Origin: an uncultured Pseudovibrio sp.
GTDB taxonomy: Bacteria > Pseudomonadota > Alphaproteobacteria > Rhizobiales > Stappiaceae
Length of the DNA: 64,000 bases
Assembly (NCBI GenBank): GCA_947494035.1
Contig: CANLTN010000013.1
Coordinates: 24,423-88,422, forward strand
Direction of reading: 5' to 3'
Below, one piece after another: positions 59,365 through 64,000 of the stretch. A program made the translations under genes and the position numbers. How positions within the stretch are numbered: the stretch's first letter is position 1; each line of letters begins with the position of its first letter. The notes below the pieces were generated by a model that saw only the letters and a program-made list of their open reading frames with translations, had not been told where the DNA came from and did no database searches.

Positions 59365-60840
59365 TCAAGCGTTAAACGCAATGAGGGTATTGCCCCAGTG
59401 GCGGCCTTTGACCCAGATTGGTGCCGAGACCAACTTGATCATCACCACCTTTCCGCCCCCCATATCACGACGATAGGTTTGCAGGCTGTAGTCCTTGGTG
59501 TTCTTGCTTGCATTCAACCCTGTGCGATCATCAAACATTCTACGATTGCGGCAGTTTGCTGCGTTCCAGACCGGGTCATTGCCCTGTGGTTTGGAGTATT
59601 CCTTGCTGTGGGTTGGAAGGTAGGCATTCAGGTCCAGTGCTGCGCAGAAGATGATATGGTCATCCTGATCTTTGACGGGCTCCTGGATTGTCGGGAGCAC
59701 CCGGTCTGCCATTTGCGTGAACGGCGCCATGAACTGGGCGGGGTCGGTTCCTTCAATCGGCGTGTAGGTGAAATCGAAGAGGTCGTTGACTAAGATCCGG
59801 CCTGCGTCGACTTCCGCTTCAAACGCTGCAATCGTCTTGCCTGCGGTCTCTTTTGCAATTTCAATCATTTTCTGATTGAGATTGTCGCCATGTTCGACAG
59901 CGACTTCTGCCAGGAACGCATCAGCGGTCTGTGACGTTTCCAGCATCTGGCCCGTGACCGTTTCAATGCTCTGGGTATTTGCGGAGACAACGCCCATCAT
60001 TTCATCGCGGTTGCGCAGCAGCTCTTCTGTGTCGGCATCATTGTTGGCGCAAGCTGTGCGGATGCAATCCGTGTTGGCGGAGATGTTCTCGACCGTCGCT
60101 TCCAGCTCGTGGAAGAGCTCGTTGATGGATTGGGTTCCGGATTCAGCAGTCGCCACCGTATCCAGAGCGCCCTTCCCCAGATCCACCAGAGTGTCGGCTT
60201 CCTTGCCAAGCTGGAGAATGGTCTGGTCGATCTGCTCAGTTGCAACCGAGGTCTGGTTTGCAAGCGCTTTGACTTCGCTGGCGACAACCGCAAAGCCTTT
60301 GCCAGCGTCACCAGCGCGTGCGGCTTCAATGGTTGCGTTTAGAGCCAGCAGGTTGGTTTGGCGGGCGATGGCATCAATGGAGCTGGAGAACTGGCGTACG
60401 TTGGCAAACGAGGCCTGAAGGCCTTCCAGCTGGTTATTGATGTTACTGATGGTATTCGACAGGCTGTTGATGTTGGCAAGCGCCTCGCTCACCGCCTGCT
60501 GGGATTTGGACATGGTATCCTTTGCGCTGGAGGTTTGCTCAGCGGTCTGCTCAACAGCTTCGCTCACTTCCCTATTGCTTTCAACAACGCGCCCTGAGGC
60601 CTCCTGCAGGCTCTCCATGGCGGTTTGCAGGGCACCAGCGGTGTTGTTAACGGCATCCAGCTCTCCCGCAGCTGCTGCCATGTCCAGCGCGAGCGCGTCC
60701 AGTTCATCGAACAAGCGGGCACTCGCAATGGAGTTGTCCGGCTCTTCTCTTTCCGTCACTGCCAGCTGACCAAGCGCTCCCTCTCGGTCATTTGCGGCGA
60801 TTTCATCAAGCATTTGTGCGTTGCGCTTAAAAAAAGCCAT
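59365..60840 (-). CDS. Soluble methyl-accepting chemotaxis protein with C-terminal sensor domain
   Basis: [37 protein letters not shown]; no TM segment; C-terminal domain [20 protein letters not shown]. Confidence 0.9.
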   Translation of the reverse strand: MAFFKRNAQMLDEIAANDREGALGQLAVTEREEPDNSIASARLFDELDALALDMAAAAGELDAVNNTAGALQTAMESLQEASGRVVESNREVSEAVEQTAEQTSSAKDTMSKSQQAVSEALANINSLSNTISNINNQLEGLQASFANVRQFSSSIDAIARQTNLLALNATIEAARAGDAGKGFAVVASEVKALANQTSVATEQIDQTILQLGKEADTLVDLGKGALDTVATAESGTQSINELFHELEATVENISANTDCIRTACANNDADTEELLRNRDEMMGVVSANTQSIETVTGQMLETSQTADAFLAEVAVEHGDNLNQKMIEIAKETAGKTIAAFEAEVDAGRILVNDLFDFTYTPIEGTDPAQFMAPFTQMADRVLPTIQEPVKDQDDHIIFCAALDLNAYLPTHSKEYSKPQGNDPVWNAANCRNRRMFDDRTGLNASKNTKDYSLQTYRRDMGGGKVVMIKLVSAPIWVKGRHWGNTLIAFNA

Positions 60841-60993
60841 GTCAAAACCTCTCAGTTACGGAGAGACTTACATAGTTTTACTTAAAGACTATTAACCTTG
60901 TTATTATTACGCTTCTCAAACCCAACTTACTGGATTACATAGAATAATCGCAAAATCTCCGGTGATAAGACCTCCGTTTTCTACTTACGATGT

Positions 60994-61419
60994 GTGGTGC
61001 ATATGTTTTGTCGTGAAATGCGTCTGTCAGATCAAGACGCTGTTATTGCTCTTTGGAAAGCTGCCGGGGTCTACCGGGAGTGGAATGATCCGGAGCGGGA
61101 TATCGAAAAGGCGCTGGAAGGCGCGCATTCTACGATTCTGGTGGGTGAGTTGGACGGTGCGATTGTAGCCAGCATCATGTGCGGCGAGGACGGGCATCGT
61201 GGCTGGTTTTATTATGTGAGCACCCACCCCGATTATCAGGGCAAAGGACTGGGCAAGGCGATTACAAACGCGGCAGAGGATTGGCTTCGGGCACGGGGCA
61301 TCTGGAAGGTGCAGTTGCTGGTTCGTGGAGACAACGCTCAGGCAGCAGGCTTTTATGAATCTCAGGGCTACAAGGACACCCAGTCCGTGTGCCTGCAAAA
61401 GGTGATTGGACCAGTGTGA
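60994..61419 (+). CDS. GNAT acetyltransferase (YpeA-like)
   Basis: WNDPERDI, DGHRGWFYYV, QGKGLG, KVQLLVR. Confidence 0.87.
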   Translation: MVHMFCREMRLSDQDAVIALWKAAGVYREWNDPERDIEKALEGAHSTILVGELDGAIVASIMCGEDGHRGWFYYVSTHPDYQGKGLGKAITNAAEDWLRARGIWKVQLLVRGDNAQAAGFYESQGYKDTQSVCLQKVIGPV

Positions 61420-61490
61420 GATTACAGTTTTTTGGAGCTAATTTCACAGAGAAAGAATGCGTCCTTCTTATAGATCAAGAGAACAAACAC

Positions 61491-61525
61491 AAAAAAAGCA
61501 GGCTCCTTGCGGAACCTGCCTTTTT
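61491..61525. terminator. Bidirectional terminator between GNAT and rplT
   Basis: A7-GCAGG..TCC-TTGC-GGA..CCTGC-CTTTTT. Confidence 0.65.
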
Positions 61526-61554
61526 CAAAAAGCTTCTGCTTTCTACTGTAGCAC

Positions 61555-61911
61555 TTAAGCTACAGCAGCCTGCGCCTTTTCAACCAGTGCTTTGAATGCG
61601 TCTGGCTGATTGATCGCGAGGTCAGAAAGAACCTTACGGTCAACTTCGATGCCAGCTTTGTTCAAGCCATCGATGAAGCGGCCGTAGGTCATGCCGTGTT
61701 CACGGGTCGCTGCGTTAATACGCTGGATCCAGAGAGCACGGAAGTTGCGCTTGCGAGCTTTACGGTCGCGGTAAGCGTACTGTGCCGCTTTTTCGACTGC
61801 CTGCTTAGCAACGCGAATGGTGTTCTTACGACGGCCGTAGTAACCTTTGGCTGCCTTAATAACTTTTTTGTGACGAGCGTGGGCGGTGACGCCTCTTTTT
61901 ACACGTGACAT
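61555..61911 (-). CDS. rplT: 50S ribosomal protein L20
   Basis: [22 protein letters not shown]. Confidence 0.98.
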   Translation of the reverse strand: MSRVKRGVTAHARHKKVIKAAKGYYGRRKNTIRVAKQAVEKAAQYAYRDRKARKRNFRALWIQRINAATREHGMTYGRFIDGLNKAGIEVDRKVLSDLAINQPDAFKALVEKAQAAVA

Positions 61912-61940
61912 GGTAGTCTCCTAGTGTCAGGTTTTAAGGC

Positions 61941-62138
61941 TTAGCCGTAAGGCAGATATTTTTTCACGATACGAGCATCTGCATCGCACAGAGTGGTGGT
62001 ACCACGTGCGTTACGGATGAACTTGTTCGTGCGTTTAATCATGCCGTGGCGCTTGCCAGCCTGAGCACACTTAACTTTGCCAGTCGCGGTGAGTTTGAAG
62101 CGCTTTTTAGCTCCAGACTTCGTCTTCAACTTGGGCAT
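61941..62138 (-). CDS. rpmI: 50S ribosomal protein L35
   Basis: [15 protein letters not shown]...GKRH. Confidence 0.97.
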   Translation of the reverse strand: MPKLKTKSGAKKRFKLTATGKVKCAQAGKRHGMIKRTNKFIRNARGTTTLCDADARIVKKYLPYG

Positions 62139-62285
62139 TTTGCGTCCTTTCTTGTGATGATCGGTAAACCGATCAAAAATTTGCAATGGATGCATCAGAA
62201 GCCGCCACGGCATGCCCTATAATTCCTGCTTGATTCTTGTATTAGGACAAGACACAGAAAACCGCCGGGCGACTTTGAACGCGGC

Positions 62286-62314
62286 CTTATAAAACTGCCA
62301 GCGAGGGAATGCAA
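62286..62314 (-). promoter_or_regulatory. Sigma70-type promoter of rpmI-rplT
   Basis: Minus strand TTGCAT-N17-TATAAG. Confidence 0.6.
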
Positions 62315-62419
62315 GAGGATTCCCTCCCGATATGCTGGGATTGGTCCCAGTTCGCGCAGTTTATCCGCTCAGCCTCATCAGAGTGTGCAAGAAAGCACCG
62401 CTGGAGGCCAAAAAATCCG

Positions 62420-62932
62420 TCAGATCACGATGCCGAGCCGCTTATGGGCGGCAGCACATTTTGTGAAGAGATGCTGGCAAGCTTCCCGTTCTACCCCCTC
62501 GTAAATCTTTATCTTTGGCCGCTCGACCATATGCTCTGCGATTTCGCGTGCACGCAGGTCCATCTCCTGAGGCCAGAAGTGGGTGGCGTCTTCGTTTGTG
62601 TAAGCTCCGAAGACCAGCGTACCGAAGCCAGCCCACACGGTAGCGGCCATACACATGGCGCAGGGTTCGCAGGTGCTGTACAGGATGCCTCCGGCAAAAC
62701 TCCGGGACTTGTGGGTCTTGCTGGCCTGTCGGATAGCGTTGATCTCGCCGTGGCAGGTTGGATCACAATCCCTGATCACGCTATCATAGGCCTGTGCCAG
62801 CAATTCCCCTTCAGCGGAGTAGACTGCCCCGCCAAACGGTGATGGATGGGGTGTTTCCATTGATGTGGCCGTATAAGCAATAAGGCTTTTCATGCGCTGG
62901 TGATGCACTTCCAGTTGGGTGTTAGACATCAC
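62420..62932 (-). CDS. Zn-dependent nucleoside/guanine deaminase (CDA-like superfamily)
   Basis: PFGG, DPTCHGEINAIR, LYSTCEPCAMC. Confidence 0.85.
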   Translation of the reverse strand: MMSNTQLEVHHQRMKSLIAYTATSMETPHPSPFGGAVYSAEGELLAQAYDSVIRDCDPTCHGEINAIRQASKTHKSRSFAGGILYSTCEPCAMCMAATVWAGFGTLVFGAYTNEDATHFWPQEMDLRAREIAEHMVERPKIKIYEGVEREACQHLFTKCAAAHKRLGIVI

Positions 62933-63181
62933 TTCCCTCCCCTTACAGACAAAAGGTCTGCTCCATCAAACCCTGATGCCGAGCTTGACCGTGGTGCCGA
63001 CGCAATCAGCTGACGGCTGGCGTCTCATTGTGCACCTTCGATAGTCTTTCAATTGGGGCGCAAGATGGCATGGACCGCGATATCGTGCGAGCATACACCC
63101 ATTTCCTGCGGGCAGGCAGAAGCTGGTCAAGCTTCCTTTTGTGAAGGCACCCTCTTCTGCCCTCGTTTTGCAGCCGCCAAA

Positions 63182-63216
63182 TGAAAATACCCGACACGAT
63201 GTGCCGGGTATTTTCA
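63182..63216. terminator. Terminator after infC
   Basis: TGAAAATACCCG...CGGGTATTTTCA inverted repeat. Confidence 0.65.
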
Positions 63217-63283
63217 AAAATCTCTGGGACTTCGGTTGAGTAGCTACACAGAAACCATGCTGGAGCGCTTCAACCTGAGCCTG

Positions 63284-63826
63284 TTAACGAGAAATAGGTG
63301 CAAGCACCATCATCATCTGGCGGCCTTCAAGCTTTGGATGGGATTCGACTTTAGCGATCTCCGCAGTCTCAGCTTTAACCTTCAGAAGTAATTTCATTCC
63401 GAGATCCTGGTGGGCCATTTCACGGCCACGGAAGCGAAGTGTCACCTTCACTTTATCACCATCTTCAAAGAAGCGCAGCATGTTCCGCATCTTCACTTCA
63501 TAGTCATGAGTGTCGATGTTCGGGCGCATCTTGATCTCTTTGATCTCAACGATCTTTTGTTTTTTGCGCGCTTCTGCAGCTTTTTTCTGGGCTTGGTACT
63601 TGTAGCGACCATAATCCAGAATTTTACAAACAGGTGGCTGACTGTTCGGGGAAATCTCGACCAGATCCAAACCTTGATCCACCGCCATAGCGAGGGCTTC
63701 TTCGATTGGAGTTGGACCGAGGTTGTCACCTTCGGTGTTAATCAGCTGCACTTCGCGAACGCGAATCTCTTTATTGGTGCGCGGCCCTTCCTTGGTGGGT
63801 GGCGGTGCGCGAAACGGACGGCGAAT
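63284..63826 (-). CDS. infC: Translation initiation factor IF-3 (AUU start)
   Basis: [33 protein letters not shown]; frame is open 25 codons upstream of the track's start, to an ATT 8 nt after GAGGAG. Confidence 0.95.
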   Translation of the reverse strand: MRRPFRAPPPTKEGPRTNKEIRVREVQLINTEGDNLGPTPIEEALAMAVDQGLDLVEISPNSQPPVCKILDYGRYKYQAQKKAAEARKKQKIVEIKEIKMRPNIDTHDYEVKMRNMLRFFEDGDKVKVTLRFRGREMAHQDLGMKLLLKVKAETAEIAKVESHPKLEGRQMMMVLAPISR

Positions 63827-64000
63827 GTGAGTATCTCCTCTTTAGACTGCCGAACTTACGAATATTTGACTACAGCTCAATGACTCGTTCCGGCAGTTTC
63901 GTCAAGTCGAGAAACATATTGCAGGGGCATCATTATTGCTGCTTTGCTAAAATCAGGAAAAATGTCACGTAAGTCAACACTAGTTTTGCTGGTTCTTGCG

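Noticed and set aside
60882-60896. CtrA-like TTAA...TTAAC upstream of the MCP
   Set aside because: Spacer is 6 nt, not 7; AT-rich background
62966-63217. 83-aa and 63-aa ORFs between infC and the deaminase
   Set aside because: They span a terminator, lack an RBS and have no recognisable motif
1-64000. tRNA/rRNA genes, CRISPR arrays, IS or prophage elements, defence systems
   Set aside because: No T-loop or rRNA signatures, repeat-spacer arrays, transposase, integrase or nuclease motifs seen by eye; tRNAscan, cmscan and DefenseFinder would confirm

Overview
64 kb of core-type chromosome from an alphaproteobacterium (about 50-55% GC by eye). Gene order suggests Hyphomicrobiales, possibly a Pseudovibrio/Stappiaceae-like organism; that taxon is inferred, not checked. 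In order, the window holds: a Tad/Cpa pilus locus; a LysR-controlled VOC + nitrilase unit next to ghrA; rmuC; def-fmt-GNAT-truA; dapE with two tandem paralogous membrane genes; an acetylpolyamine-deacetylase-like HDAC; galM; a clan AA protease; and an orphan TrpF-like gene. Next is a ~15 kb nucleoside uptake and catabolism cluster (SorC/DeoR regulator, BMP-type ABC importer, cdd, PNP, deoC, deoA, deoB, a PHYHD1-like dioxygenase, add, URC4/DUF1688, upp). Then come DUF1194, mgsA-glk-hrpB, bfd-bfr with an Irr box, and a form-II cox-like molybdo-hydroxylase operon with an extra gene inserted. The end has two RNA methyltransferases, tandem GFA genes, a soluble chemoreceptor with a C-terminal sensor, and infC (AUU start)-deaminase-rpmI-rplT. 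I saw no tRNA, rRNA, CRISPR array, transposase or integrase. The best candidate for an under-described system is the extension of the deo/nup cluster by a PHYHD1-type dioxygenase and a URC4-upp pair lacking URC1, which may salvage modified nucleosides. All family calls come from recognising motifs by eye; no database search was run.
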